Virus record (IMG/VR): IMGVR_UViG_3300026291_000001
Location: 311 to 64,310 of that record
Reading direction: 5' to 3' (one strand)
Source of the DNA: a virus
DNA length: 64,000 nt
Shown here: positions 1-9,952 of the stretch, one piece after another
Position numbering within the stretch: position 1 is the first letter of the stretch
How the letters are laid out: every line of letters starts with the position of its first letter
Notes under the pieces: model-generated
Told to the model about the DNA's origin: nothing
Seen by the model: only the letters and a program-made list of their open reading frames with translations
Databases searched by the model: none
Translations under genes and position numbers: made by a program

Positions 1-15
1 TATCAGATTGTATTT

Positions 16-465
16 GTGTCTTTTATTAAACCAGGACCAGATGATGTTGCCCACTTATACGATACCCGCTTGCAGGCTACCAGTAGTGAGCAAGTCATCA
101 TGTACTATCCAAACTGGCGCGACCTCAGTTCCAGACCCAATTGTTTTATTCAGCTCGATAAAACCATTGAGATTATCCCCAAATCCGACACTGATGGATC
201 GTTGCACATCGAAGCGTACCGTTTGCCGTTGGCGGATATGGAAGATGACGACGAAGAGCCTGAAATCCAACGCACGCATCACCTGAACTTAATCGACTGG
301 GTGTTATACCGGGCCTACAGTATGCCGGATGTGGATATTCAAAATACCGCGAAGGCTGACTTCTTTGAAAAACGGTTCTCGCGGATATTCGGCAATGAAC
401 CCCATGCGACGACCCGAAGAGAACAACAAGCCGACCTTCCGCATCACAATAGGGCATGCTTCTGA
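16..465 (+). CDS. phage head-tail adaptor-like protein (probably 5'-truncated by the window edge)
   Basis: Frame is open from base 1. Motifs EAYRLPLADM and LIDWVLYRAYS-PD-D resemble podovirus adaptor proteins; it would follow the capsid genes if the genome is circular. Confidence 0.55.
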   Translation: MSFIKPGPDDVAHLYDTRLQATSSEQVIMYYPNWRDLSSRPNCFIQLDKTIEIIPKSDTDGSLHIEAYRLPLADMEDDDEEPEIQRTHHLNLIDWVLYRAYSMPDVDIQNTAKADFFEKRFSRIFGNEPHATTRREQQADLPHHNRACF

Positions 466-824
466 TGGTAATAAAAACCAGAACCCCGCAATATTTGCAG
501 TATGATGTGGTTGCCATATCAGGGGACAACTTAAATCTATCCGTGTCCTGGCGTGATGCTACAGGCGCTTATGTCGATTTTTCAGGCGCTACCGGAAAAG
601 GCCAGATTAAGCTGGATAAAACTGATACAGAGAGTGTCGAGGAATTTACCGTGGCACTGGGATCAACAGCAAACAATATTCAATTCAGTTTAACCGCTGC
701 GCAAGTGGCCGCGTTAACCGTTGGCAACAAGTATTATTACGATATTCAAATTACTGAAGGCGCTAACATTCGCACTTACATTATCGGTTATTTGAAAACG
801 ACTCAGGATGTTTCGCGGCCGTGA
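456..824 (+). CDS. virion structural protein, BppU-N-like Ig fold
   Basis: W-D..G..VDFSG.T.K.QIK and YYYDIQIT motifs; sits directly upstream of the fibre gene. Confidence 0.45.
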   Translation: MLLMVIKTRTPQYLQYDVVAISGDNLNLSVSWRDATGAYVDFSGATGKGQIKLDKTDTESVEEFTVALGSTANNIQFSLTAAQVAALTVGNKYYYDIQITEGANIRTYIIGYLKTTQDVSRP

Positions 825-2122
825 GTTTGGAAACTGTTGAAACAACAACGGAGTTAATCGTCGAGGTTACGGAAAACGTTATCGAGGTTGTGGATTTAGG
901 AATCCAAGGCCCGATTGGCCCACAGGGCGTGGCCGGGGAAATGGGCATTCCGGGGAGCGCTGTTTTCAAGGGCGATACGGGCTCTAGCGCTTATGAATTA
1001 GCTGTTACCAATGGTTTTATAGGTACTGAAGCAGCGTGGCTTTTATCTTTGGTTGGAGCCACAGGCGCGGCAGGCCATGACAGTACAATCCCAGGGCCAA
1101 CCGGACCCACTGGCCCCACTGGCGCGGCGGGAGAAAATAGCACCGTTGCCGGCCCAAAAGGCGAAAAGGGAGACACCGGAAATTCCGGATTAGACAGCAC
1201 TATTGCTGGACCAAGGGGCTACAAAGGCGATACCGGAAATTCCGGAGCAGACTCAACAATTCCAGGACCACCTGGCTCGGTTTGGCGTGACGGTTCTGGT
1301 GTTCCATCAAATAGTTTAGGCATAAATAATGATTACTACCTCGATGACGCAACCGGAAATGTTTATCTAAAAGCAGCCGGTAGTTATACTTTCGTTGCCA
1401 ATATTAAGGGCAATACGGGTAGCACCGGGGCAACCGGATCGGCAGGCGCAACAGGAAGCGCAGGTGCCAAAGGCGATACTGGCGATCAAGGCATTCAGGG
1501 TATCCAGGGTATCCAGGGTATAAAAGGCGATACCGGAAATACGGGCGCGACCGGGGCCACGGGAAGTATAGGTGCCACAGGTTCAGTAGGCTCAATAGGC
1601 GCCACGGGTAGTTCTGGCAGTTCAGGAACTAATGGAACTAATGGAACCAATGGAACCAACGGCAATGTCTGGCGCGATGGCACCGGCGTTCCTTCAAATG
1701 CTTTGGGCGTCAACGGCGACTACTACCTGGATGACGCTACCGGAAATATCTATTTAATGGCAACAGGTACTTACTCGCTGGTTGCCAACATCAAAGGCTC
1801 GCCTTTACCCCGCATAACAACACCTGCTTACTCAGCGAACCTTACCCTCAATTGGGCCGTTGCCGATGTTATTAAAGTTACCCTAACTGGTAACATCATC
1901 ATAACCAATTCGGGCGCTGTTGATGGTCAAAAGTGTATTTTAGAATTAATTCAAGACAGCACGGGCAGCCGAACCGTCGCCTTTACCAGCGAAACCCGGT
2001 TTGGGGGCAGTATTACCAGTTATACAGCTACTACCACCGCTAGTAAGTTAGATAGGTTGGGATTTATTTATAATGGCGTAGCTACAAAATATGATGTTTT
2101 GGCTGTTGCCAAGGGGTTTTAA
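821..2122 (+). CDS. collagen-like tail fibre protein
   Basis: Long Gly-X-Y runs and two copies of the module WRDG(S/T)GVPSN.LG.N.DYYLDDATGN.YL. Confidence 0.8.
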   Translation: MSLETVETTTELIVEVTENVIEVVDLGIQGPIGPQGVAGEMGIPGSAVFKGDTGSSAYELAVTNGFIGTEAAWLLSLVGATGAAGHDSTIPGPTGPTGPTGAAGENSTVAGPKGEKGDTGNSGLDSTIAGPRGYKGDTGNSGADSTIPGPPGSVWRDGSGVPSNSLGINNDYYLDDATGNVYLKAAGSYTFVANIKGNTGSTGATGSAGATGSAGAKGDTGDQGIQGIQGIQGIKGDTGNTGATGATGSIGATGSVGSIGATGSSGSSGTNGTNGTNGTNGNVWRDGTGVPSNALGVNGDYYLDDATGNIYLMATGTYSLVANIKGSPLPRITTPAYSANLTLNWAVADVIKVTLTGNIIITNSGAVDGQKCILELIQDSTGSRTVAFTSETRFGGSITSYTATTTASKLDRLGFIYNGVATKYDVLAVAKGF

Positions 2123-2128
2123 TTAATC

Positions 2129-4576
2129 ATGTTAATCACAGCTATCAGTGCACAGAACCCAGCCAGAGTTACGGTTACAGGCCATAATTCTGTGACAGGG
2201 CAAGTGGTAGCGATTGATTCAACTAACTCCACGCCGCCGCTGTCAGGGGATTATGTCTGTACGGTGATTGACGCCAACACGTTTAGCGTGCCAGTTAATG
2301 TCACTGGCTCAGGTAATATGGGTAACGCCTACCCGGTGCTTTTCTGCTCGTATGAGGATGGCAATAACGCCAATTCGGGCATTACGTATGCCCTACGCTT
2401 TAAGGACCTGACCAACGGGGCCACTGCGGCAAGGCTTTTCCCTGGCTATCAGGTCAGAATAAAAGCAAGTCCAAATCCTACCTCTCTTGGTCAAACTGCT
2501 ACCTGGACTGATGGACCACTACCTGCAACAATTGTACCAGTATCCTCTACTGCCGCTAACCCTATTGTAATGACCTTATCTGCTGGGCATGGATTGGTTA
2601 CTGGCGATACTATTATTGTTAATGGGCATAATGGTAATCTTTGTGCTAATGGTGTATGGAGTATAACTGTCTCTACTAATGCTATTACCCTACTTAATGC
2701 AGATGGAAGTAATAGTCTAGGCACTACCTCAGGTAATAGTCCAGGTGGAGTTTCAGGTACAGTACGTAAGATTACTAATTCAGTAGTTAAATTAACCACT
2801 TCTGTTACTAAAAATATCGCTGGCTTTGGGAATACTAGTGTATATGCTACAAATGCATGGACTGCCAGTACAAATGTAACTACAGATACAGCAGCTATAT
2901 GGAAAGAGGGTTGGGGTTCTCCACGAATAACCATTGCAGCAGCTTTTACCACTGGACTTGCAGCCTATTATCCAACAGGTACTTTAGATTTATCAGGTTA
3001 TCAACAAGTTTCATTTTGGATTTACCAATTTTCAGGGACATTGGGAGCAGCCTCATCTTGTAGTTTAGCACTATGCTCAGACACAGCAGGTACAACTGTT
3101 GTTAATACCATCAATATTCCAGTTTTAGGTGCATTAGGCAGATGGAGTCCAATTACAGTTGATTTAGGTACTAATTTAGGTTCATCTATTAAATCTATCG
3201 CCTTTATTGTTAATACTGACAATGGCGCACAACAGTTTTATATTGACAATATTATCGCCTGTAAAGCTAGTAGTTCAGCAGATTCATTAAGTCTTACTTC
3301 GCTTATCTCTAAAAATACTGGCACTGAAGGTTGGTATGGGATTCAATCAATAAATGGAACTAGAGTTATTTTAGATCAAGATACCAATTGTGTTCCAGCC
3401 GCTACTTCATCTCGTGGATATTCAGGTACAACAGAAACAGTTACTACCTATAAGAAAGAAACTACTAAAACTGCTATGGCAGTTGCGCTGGCTACAGTAA
3501 TACAACAGATAATGGATTCAGGTACAGATGGTAATCCAATTACTTTTTCTGGTGGTTGGAATCGAACAGATATGTCAACTCAAACTGGAGAAACTATATT
3601 TGATGGGCAGAATGGCTGGGGTTATGGAATATATTTAGTAAGTATAAATTTTATAAATTTATCTATCTCAGCAGTTAGATATAGTAATGGAATACTACTT
3701 AATAATGCCTATATCAATACAATTCTTGTAAATAATGCAAATAATAATGCCTATAGTGGTGTTTATTCTACAGTTCTTAGCAGTAATAAAATAACAGTAA
3801 TAAATGCTAATAATAATTTGATAACTGGAATATATAATGTTACCTGTTCTAACCAAAAAATAATTAGTGTTAATACTAACAACAATGCCGGTCCAGGAGT
3901 TACTCTTTATAGTTCTAGTTCCAATAACAAGGTAGTTGCGTCTATCGGTAGAAATAATACTTGTGCAGCATCTCTTATGCTTGGCACCAGTAATAATTTT
4001 TGTTCTATAGCAGATAGTTCAGGGAATTCTACTGCCAGTATCATTACAGATTCAATGAATTATTTAACTAATAGCACACTTAATTCTAGTGTAAAAGTTA
4101 GTTTGCAATACCCACAAAATTATATGAATAATATGCTTTGGTCTACTAATGAAAATGGTAATACTGACACCCACTTTGGCTATACCGATGGTGGTTTAAT
4201 AAGTTCTGATATAACCACTGTACATACCGCAGGTGGAATGAGTTGGAAACTTTCACCAACTTCCGCTAACAGGGCAGTAAATTATCCTTTACCACTTAAA
4301 GTAGCCACTGGTGCTACACCAGCTAATACACCGATAACCTGTTCAGTTTGGTTCATGCGCGATAACACCGGACTTACCGCCAGATTAATATGTAGAGCAA
4401 ATCAGTTAACTGGTATTCCTACTGATATTATAACAAATGCCAGTGCTGCCGCTAATGTCTGGGAAAAATTATCTGTAGTCGTCACGCCAACTCAAAAAGG
4501 TGTATTAGAGTTCTACGCAGAAGCCTGGGGTGGTACCTCTTGGAATTGCTGGGTTGATGAACCGAGTTTTAGCTAA
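2129..4576 (+). CDS. tail fibre / receptor-binding structural protein with beta-helix-like region
   Basis: 815 aa, rich in T/S/N/G; HGLVTGDTIIV module, Asn-ladder repeats; lies in the tail module. Confidence 0.55.
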   Translation: MLITAISAQNPARVTVTGHNSVTGQVVAIDSTNSTPPLSGDYVCTVIDANTFSVPVNVTGSGNMGNAYPVLFCSYEDGNNANSGITYALRFKDLTNGATAARLFPGYQVRIKASPNPTSLGQTATWTDGPLPATIVPVSSTAANPIVMTLSAGHGLVTGDTIIVNGHNGNLCANGVWSITVSTNAITLLNADGSNSLGTTSGNSPGGVSGTVRKITNSVVKLTTSVTKNIAGFGNTSVYATNAWTASTNVTTDTAAIWKEGWGSPRITIAAAFTTGLAAYYPTGTLDLSGYQQVSFWIYQFSGTLGAASSCSLALCSDTAGTTVVNTINIPVLGALGRWSPITVDLGTNLGSSIKSIAFIVNTDNGAQQFYIDNIIACKASSSADSLSLTSLISKNTGTEGWYGIQSINGTRVILDQDTNCVPAATSSRGYSGTTETVTTYKKETTKTAMAVALATVIQQIMDSGTDGNPITFSGGWNRTDMSTQTGETIFDGQNGWGYGIYLVSINFINLSISAVRYSNGILLNNAYINTILVNNANNNAYSGVYSTVLSSNKITVINANNNLITGIYNVTCSNQKIISVNTNNNAGPGVTLYSSSSNNKVVASIGRNNTCAASLMLGTSNNFCSIADSSGNSTASIITDSMNYLTNSTLNSSVKVSLQYPQNYMNNMLWSTNENGNTDTHFGYTDGGLISSDITTVHTAGGMSWKLSPTSANRAVNYPLPLKVATGATPANTPITCSVWFMRDNTGLTARLICRANQLTGIPTDIITNASAAANVWEKLSVVVTPTQKGVLEFYAEAWGGTSWNCWVDEPSFS

Positions 4577-4713
4577 TGGACGATTATGCTTACCAGGCTC
4601 AACCATTTTCCCCACCACCTAATGATACAGAAACCTACGCGTATCAATGCCAGCCCTTTATCCTTTATCCAAAACCGGAGAGTGATCCTGGTGCCTTTTT
4701 TGAATTATTCTAA
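4576..4713 (+). CDS. small hypothetical protein (45 aa)
   Basis: ATG overlaps the TAA of the preceding gene; internal repeat YAYQAQPF / YAYQCQPF. Confidence 0.35.
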   Translation: MDDYAYQAQPFSPPPNDTETYAYQCQPFILYPKPESDPGAFFELF

Positions 4714-4858
4714 TGGTCAGTTCTGAAAAAAAAGAATTTTGGCAAGCAGTCATTTTATTGGGATGCTTGATAGGAATGGCCTTAATCATCATGATTAGAA
4801 TTTTCAAAATATTTTAGTAGGTGAAAAAAGCACCCAAACTATTGCCGGGAGGCATCAA

Positions 4859-5380
4859 ATGCACACACAATTAAATCGAACAGAAACCGGATTTACTCTC
4901 ATTGAACTGATGATTGTCTTGGCCATTATTGGTATACTGGCCGCTATTTCAATCCCTGCTTATAACGATTATGCGACCCGCTCAAAGGTAGCGGTGGTCA
5001 TATCCTTAGCCAGTAACGGCAAGCTTCCGCTTATGGAGGAATATTCCAGCAATGGCACGATGCCTATTGGGCAACCACTACCGGGAACCATTATTGGCGA
5101 CTGGTTAAAATCGATAGCGGATTCCAAGTATGTCGGCACCACACCGTCTTATAGCGTAGGTAGCGCCGGGGGCTTAAGTAATAATCAGGCAAAAATATCA
5201 GTGACGCTATCACCCACGATTGGCGGAGATGCCGCTTCGAAAGTGATTGAATTTCTGTACACGGTAACGGGCAGCGGTCTGGCTTTTGAATGTTCAGCTA
5301 CTGCCGCCACGAATCCTGTCGCGGGCATAGGCTCGGCAACTACTACGCCGATTCGCTACCTGCCGTCGATTTGCCGGTAA
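4859..5380 (+). CDS. pilA: type IVa major pilin
   Basis: Class III signal peptide G|[24 protein letters not shown]; C-terminal disulfide loop ECSA...PSIC. Confidence 0.9.
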   Translation: MHTQLNRTETGFTLIELMIVLAIIGILAAISIPAYNDYATRSKVAVVISLASNGKLPLMEEYSSNGTMPIGQPLPGTIIGDWLKSIADSKYVGTTPSYSVGSAGGLSNNQAKISVTLSPTIGGDAASKVIEFLYTVTGSGLAFECSATAATNPVAGIGSATTTPIRYLPSICR

Positions 5381-5384
5381 AAAT

Positions 5385-5585
5385 ATGGATATTCTAACCT
5401 CGCTATTCAGCAATACCGGACTGACGGGCGCTGTAATGGCAGCCCTGTTCGGCTTGATCTTAATGTTGTTGAAGGATAGACGGGCGGAACATGAGCAGTA
5501 TATGGAGATGCAAAAAGAAACCAATGCTGTGTTAAGGGAATTATCAAATTTGGTGCGTGATATAAGAAGTGGAAACCACAGGTGA
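5385..5585 (+). CDS. small membrane protein, holin-like
   Basis: One TM segment (GLTGAVMAALFGLILMLL) followed by a charged coiled-coil tail. Confidence 0.4.
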   Translation: MDILTSLFSNTGLTGAVMAALFGLILMLLKDRRAEHEQYMEMQKETNAVLRELSNLVRDIRSGNHR

Positions 5586-5859
5586 TAGACGCAAAGGCAA
5601 TAGAAGAATACAGGAAGACAGAAGGTATTCAAGGAGCGAGTATCATTATCGTGTATTCAGCGAGGGCATGGTTCTTAACCGAGAGCAGGCCATTAATATT
5701 ATCAGCAACAGCCATGCAGATTTAACCGACTGTTACGGGATTTGTTTTACAGGCGTCAGTGGGCTGTTGCAATACGTAAATTTTAAGGAAATGACCAGAA
5801 AAGAATTGGCGCTGCTGGATTTAAACAGGGTTGGATCTAATGATTACCGAGAGAAGTAA
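5569..5859 (+). CDS. hypothetical protein
   Basis: 96-aa ORF overlapping the previous gene. Confidence 0.45.
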   Translation: METTGDRRKGNRRIQEDRRYSRSEYHYRVFSEGMVLNREQAINIISNSHADLTDCYGICFTGVSGLLQYVNFKEMTRKELALLDLNRVGSNDYREK

Positions 5860-6319
5860 TTGTGTTGGTTTTAGCGTCTATTGAGTGCTAAAATCGATAA
5901 ACAAAAATAAGGGCAGCGATACTAGAAATATCCTGCCCTACATAGAAGGCCTGAGACACCTATCTATGGTTTGTGGTATTTTTGCAATGCCACGGATATT
6001 AGACAGTAAAACGTCCTATAAAGTCAAATTAGGTTAAAGTTTGCCAGTCGCTCAAGAAAGAACTTAAACATGGCCTGCCGTGAATGCAGGTGTAGAAGTT
6101 ATAAGATCGGGGCAAAGACCGACCCGCGCTGTAAACAATGCAGGGCGCATACAACCGTAAAGTGATAAACAAGGATGCTGAAGGGGTGGCATAGGTTTCC
6201 CTGGGAGTTCATATTACCCGATAACCGTGGTTGAAATTGATCTTATAACATCGAAGTGAGACAGATAATACCAGCCGGTATGGAATGTATTCTAACCATC
6301 CCTATCATATACGGTCTAA

Positions 6320-6610
6320 ATGATTGCTATGGTTCAAAAAAATGGAAGCCAAAATATGATCATAGAACGAATTGAACTTATGGCCCTCTGCTTGGGCATG
6401 GCGCAAGATTCCTACGGCTTCAAGCCGGGCAAGGAACCTGTCAAGAAGGATCACAACCTGGCGTGTTGCCGCCGTATTCAAAAGGGCTTGGTGAAACAGG
6501 GTTTTGATCTGGACCTGGAGTCTATCGATGCGATATTAACGAGTGCCGCCGCCTATTACCGCGATAAATCTGCACAAGGAATTGTACGTAAACATGCCGT
6601 TTCTAAGTAG
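6320..6610 (+). CDS. hypothetical protein
   Basis: 96-aa ORF. Confidence 0.45.
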   Translation: MIAMVQKNGSQNMIIERIELMALCLGMAQDSYGFKPGKEPVKKDHNLACCRRIQKGLVKQGFDLDLESIDAILTSAAAYYRDKSAQGIVRKHAVSK

Positions 6611-6797
6611 AGCCATCATTCTTGTATCAAAGTTAACAGGCTATTGCCGTGATTTAACTTACGAATGGTCTTGGAAACGAAAATCGCCGGGTATTCATAA
6701 AGATGAGTACGATAAACTGCAACACACCATTGACGAAGGCGATCACCTGACCGATAAATTAACCGACCTGAAAAAAAATGACGAAGATCAAGAGTGA
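6594..6797 (+). CDS. hypothetical protein; its stop codon is supplied by the IS right end
   Basis: ATG at 6594; the TGA at 6795-6797 lies within the reverse-complemented IS end GGTAATTCAC. Confidence 0.5.
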   Translation: MPFLSRAIILVSKLTGYCRDLTYEWSWKRKSPGIHKDEYDKLQHTIDEGDHLTDKLTDLKKNDEDQE

Positions 6798-6808
6798 ATT
6801 ACCAAGTC

Positions 6809-7204
6809 CTATTGGACATGGCTTCCAGCTTCAACGGCACGAGCAAGAACAGAGGATTTACGTCCTTTGACTTGGCTAACAGTGCCTCGACTGGCAGTAC
6901 CGGCGATCCCCGCCGCTATCATACGTTGTGCTTCATTGCGGATGTTTTGTGCAGCATTTATGTCTCTATCGTGTATAGAGCCACACTTATCACACCGCCA
7001 TGAGCGGATTTCTAAAGGCATGTAGGATTGAACATGAAGACAGTTAGAGCAAGCTTTAGAACTCGGAAAGAAGCGATTGACTTCTATGTAGCCCTTTCCT
7101 GCTTGTTCAGCCTTATATTTGAGCATTCCTGTGAATGTTCCCCAACCCACGTCACCAATAGATTTTGCAAGACGGTGGTTTTTCATCATGCCTTTTACAT
7201 GCAA
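6809..7204 (-). pseudogene. tnpB: tnpB C-terminal fragment (zinc finger and RuvC-III)
   Basis: VKGMMKNHRLAKSIGDVGWGTF, FFPSSKACSNC, CDKCGSIHDRDINAAQNI. Confidence 0.9.
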
Positions 7205-7252
7205 CTATCGTTATTTATCAAACTATAGTACAATGTATCATACATAAATGAA

Positions 7253-7963
7253 TTGATAAGAAACGATACTATGGTTAGCTCAATAACACATATTGTTAAA
7301 GACGGTAACTTAACCTTACGCGAAGCAAGTTCAAAATATAACATACCTGTAAGTACATTAAAATCAAGGATGTTCAAAAATGAATTATCTTTGGAAGATG
7401 CTATTTTTAATAACATAACCAAGAGAGCAAGAATTATAAAAGGTGATAGGTTTGGTCATCTTGTTGCTACTGGCAATACCATCAGCAATCCTCACGGAAA
7501 TATGAGCTATGAAGTTGTATGCGACTGCGGAAATATAATTAATGTTTTAGGAATTGTGCTTAAAAGCGGAAAAAGCAAAACTGCTTGTAATATGGCCGGT
7601 TGTTCTTATAGCAGGTCAATTAGGCATGGCGTATCAAAGACTAAAGAACACAATGCTTGGATTAATATAAAACAGCGATGCTATAACAAAGATAACAGTG
7701 CGTATCCCTATTATGGCGGCATTGGTATAACAATGAGTGATGAGTTTTTAAACGATGTTTCAGCGTTTTTGGAGCATATAGGAAAAGCTCCATCACCTAC
7801 GCATAGCGTAGACAGAATAGATGGTAGCAAAGGATATGAAAGAGGTAATTTAAAATGGTCTACAAAGACCGAGCAAAGCAATAATCAAAGACGTGTAAAT
7901 GATCTAACGATGGAAATTAAAAGATTAAAGGATTTGCTAGATGTTAATGATATTGCTTATTGA
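7253..7963 (+). CDS. HNH-type homing endonuclease
   Basis: GDRFGHLV, YEVVCDCGN, KSGKSKTAC, WINIKQRCYN...YYGGIGI, HSVDRIDGSKGYERGNLKWST. Confidence 0.85.
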   Translation: MIRNDTMVSSITHIVKDGNLTLREASSKYNIPVSTLKSRMFKNELSLEDAIFNNITKRARIIKGDRFGHLVATGNTISNPHGNMSYEVVCDCGNIINVLGIVLKSGKSKTACNMAGCSYSRSIRHGVSKTKEHNAWINIKQRCYNKDNSAYPYYGGIGITMSDEFLNDVSAFLEHIGKAPSPTHSVDRIDGSKGYERGNLKWSTKTEQSNNQRRVNDLTMEIKRLKDLLDVNDIAY

Positions 7964-8048
7964 ACCAACGCGCACAACCGAACGCTTTATCCAGTTTTTC
8001 AACTTGCTTAGTGTCTGGATATATGCGTATTTTTGTAGCTTTTATCAT
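7944..8048 (-). pseudogene. tnpB: tnpB N-terminal HTH stub
   Basis: MIKATKIRIYPDTKQVEKLDKAFGCARWF is the typical IS605 OrfB N-terminus. Confidence 0.85.
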
Positions 8049-8121
8049 GGATTTAGTATAAATAACATTAATACTAAAGTCAAGATAAGTTTCATATCCC
8101 CAAACTAAGGGAAGGGGAATT

Positions 8122-8469
8122 ATGATCAATATTAAAATTTGTTATCCCAAAAAAAAGGCCATAACAATGCAGCACCAAGAAGAACCAACCCACGTAACTC
8201 ACCTTTTAAAGGAAATTGAAATGCGCTTATCAGAACTTTTACAACAAAACGTCAGTGTCAAAAATCAGTTGAACAAAGCTGAAGCTGAAATCGTAGCCAA
8301 AGTGAACGCTTTACAAGCGTCTATCGATAAACTAACCGCCGATTTAGCCGATGTTGAATTAACCGAAGAACAAACCCAATCTGTGCTGGACTTGCAGACT
8401 GCGGCGGATGCTTTAGATAATTTGGCTCCAGAATTAGTACCGGTAGTAACACCCCCACCAGCGGCGTAG
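8122..8469 (+). CDS. coiled-coil hypothetical protein
   Basis: Heptad-rich ORF; true start may be 8167 or 8221. Confidence 0.5.
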   Translation: MINIKICYPKKKAITMQHQEEPTHVTHLLKEIEMRLSELLQQNVSVKNQLNKAEAEIVAKVNALQASIDKLTADLADVELTEEQTQSVLDLQTAADALDNLAPELVPVVTPPPAA

Positions 8470-8585
8470 TAAACGCTACAGCGTGCTCGTTTATTAAATT
8501 ACCGGGAGAATTACGATGGGGAAAACCATCAGACCCTGGAAATAATTATGGCTCTCCTGCCAATGCCCCCTGTCACTTTGACAAT

Positions 8586-8610
8586 GCCCGTGTAGTAGCG
8601 GGCTTTTTTT
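8586..8610 (+). terminator. rho-independent terminator
   Basis: GCCCG-tgtagtag-CGGGC followed by T7. Confidence 0.75.
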
Positions 8611-8623
8611 CAGGTGCTCAACT

Positions 8624-9625
8624 ATGTTCCTATTCAAACTATTATTGGCTTTAGTGCTACTAATTCCTCCTAACGCTTTTTCAATACCCTTTGCGCCAAC
8701 ATCGATCTGGAACAGGACAATCCCAAGCACGGCGGTCTATACCGATGTGAGCGATGCTTTATGGGGTTCTCCAGAAAATAGCCCGGCGCAAATCTATCTA
8801 GATTTAATCACTATTCTTTATGTCGATCCCCACTTAACGCCTGTCAATATCCGGCTTGATAACAACTGGGACTACCCTTACCGAACCCAGCCTGCTAGTG
8901 GAACGCTGTATCAAAGAAAACTTGGTGCGACCGCTGGCGTTAAAGAAAGCACCACGAATAGCAATGGCATAGTGGTTATTGTAGATCCACTAACAGGCCG
9001 AACTGATGAAGGCGGCGCTATGTTTCGAGATCAAGGCAGTAATGATTTGCTCATCTTTCAAGACAGACCCGCGCTTCATTACAACGTCTTTACGGGAAGT
9101 GGACTCTATGATGGCGTGAGAGGCTCCGGTATGTCTGGATTGGGCGGTGTCATTCGAGCTGGTGAGATCAATACGGTCATTCCTCATGCCATCGCGATCA
9201 TGACGAGTGGTCGCATCTATTCAAAAAACACCTGCTATATCTGGCCTGCGACACGTTGCGACAGTATTGCCAAGGATCCCACTTATGGTTACAAGGGGCC
9301 CAATAATGCCTATACCCTTGGCACTTTACTAGCGATACCTTCATCCATCAATTTAAGTACCATTAAGTTAAAGACCATGCAAGGCTATACTATTGCGATA
9401 GCCGCTCAGAAATATGGCATCTATGTGGTTGACTCCTCAGCAGCGACAGGTAATCGAGTGGGTCTTAGCATGGATTATCAGGCAGCTGTCACCGATTTAG
9501 GACTTGTCCAGGATCCAGTAACTACCTACCAATCCGTAGACGCTAAAAAAATCGATGGCAATGCTTTCCAGGCCGACATAATCGCCATCTTGCATAAGGT
9601 AAAAGCTGTAGTGAATAATAAATAA
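8624..9625 (+). CDS. secreted hypothetical protein (moron)
   Basis: N-terminal signal peptide MFLFKLLLALVLLIPPNAFS; bracketed by terminators. Confidence 0.65.
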   Translation: MFLFKLLLALVLLIPPNAFSIPFAPTSIWNRTIPSTAVYTDVSDALWGSPENSPAQIYLDLITILYVDPHLTPVNIRLDNNWDYPYRTQPASGTLYQRKLGATAGVKESTTNSNGIVVIVDPLTGRTDEGGAMFRDQGSNDLLIFQDRPALHYNVFTGSGLYDGVRGSGMSGLGGVIRAGEINTVIPHAIAIMTSGRIYSKNTCYIWPATRCDSIAKDPTYGYKGPNNAYTLGTLLAIPSSINLSTIKLKTMQGYTIAIAAQKYGIYVVDSSAATGNRVGLSMDYQAAVTDLGLVQDPVTTYQSVDAKKIDGNAFQADIIAILHKVKAVVNNK

Positions 9626-9637
9626 TTATTTATACAT

Positions 9638-9663
9638 CCCCGCTTAACTGCGGGCTTTTTTTT
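9638..9663 (+). terminator. rho-independent terminator
   Basis: CCCGC-ttaact-GCGGG followed by a T-run. Confidence 0.8.
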
Positions 9664-9740
9664 GTCAAATTTTTGTTGTGTTATTTTTTTAGGCATATTA
9701 ATATTGCCCCGTAACTTACACTCTACTATGTGTTTTTCAT

Positions 9741-9825
9741 AGCGTAGCGAATCTATCCTAAACTCAGCAGTCCCCAGAAGAGCCCATCGCAGTAAAGCGG
9801 AGTATTGCCGAGCCAAGCACAGGCT
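9741..9825 (+). ncRNA. 5-nt periodic (WNY-NN) guide-like tract 1, 17 units
   Basis: AGCGT AGCGA ATCTA TCCTA AACTC AGCAG TCCCC AGAAG AGCCC ATCGC AGTAA AGCGG AGTAT TGCCG AGCCA AGCAC AGGCT. Confidence 0.8.
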
Positions 9826-9872
9826 ACAAAATAGCGTTTAGTCCATTGCAAAGTGGGCTAATCGGTATTCGT

Positions 9873-9952
9873 AGTAAATCCTAGCAGAGTCTTGCCATGC
9901 CGAGCCTTGCGAACCGAATTTCAGCCAAGCAAATCGCTGCGAACCAAAGTCT
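9873..9952 (+). ncRNA. 5-nt periodic tract 2, 16 units
   Basis: AGTAA ATCCT AGCAG AGTCT TGCCA TGCCG AGCCT TGCGA ACCGA ATTTC AGCCA AGCAA ATCGC TGCGA ACCAA AGTCT, then TTTAACC. Confidence 0.8.

Larger units (their letters stand above)
6794..8121 (-). mobile_element. IS200/IS605-family element with tnpB core replaced by an antisense HNH gene
   Basis: Minus strand carries a left-end hairpin (AATTCCCCTTCCCTTAGTTTGGGG), a TnpB N-terminal stub (7944-8048), the TnpB C-terminus (6809-7204) and the right end GAAGCCATGTCCAATAGGACTTGGTAATTCAC. Confidence 0.8.

Noticed and set aside
1400-1680. Short tandem repeats (GGTATCCAG, AATGGAAC[CT])
   Set aside because: They encode collagen Gly-X-Y triplets and are not a CRISPR or guide array.
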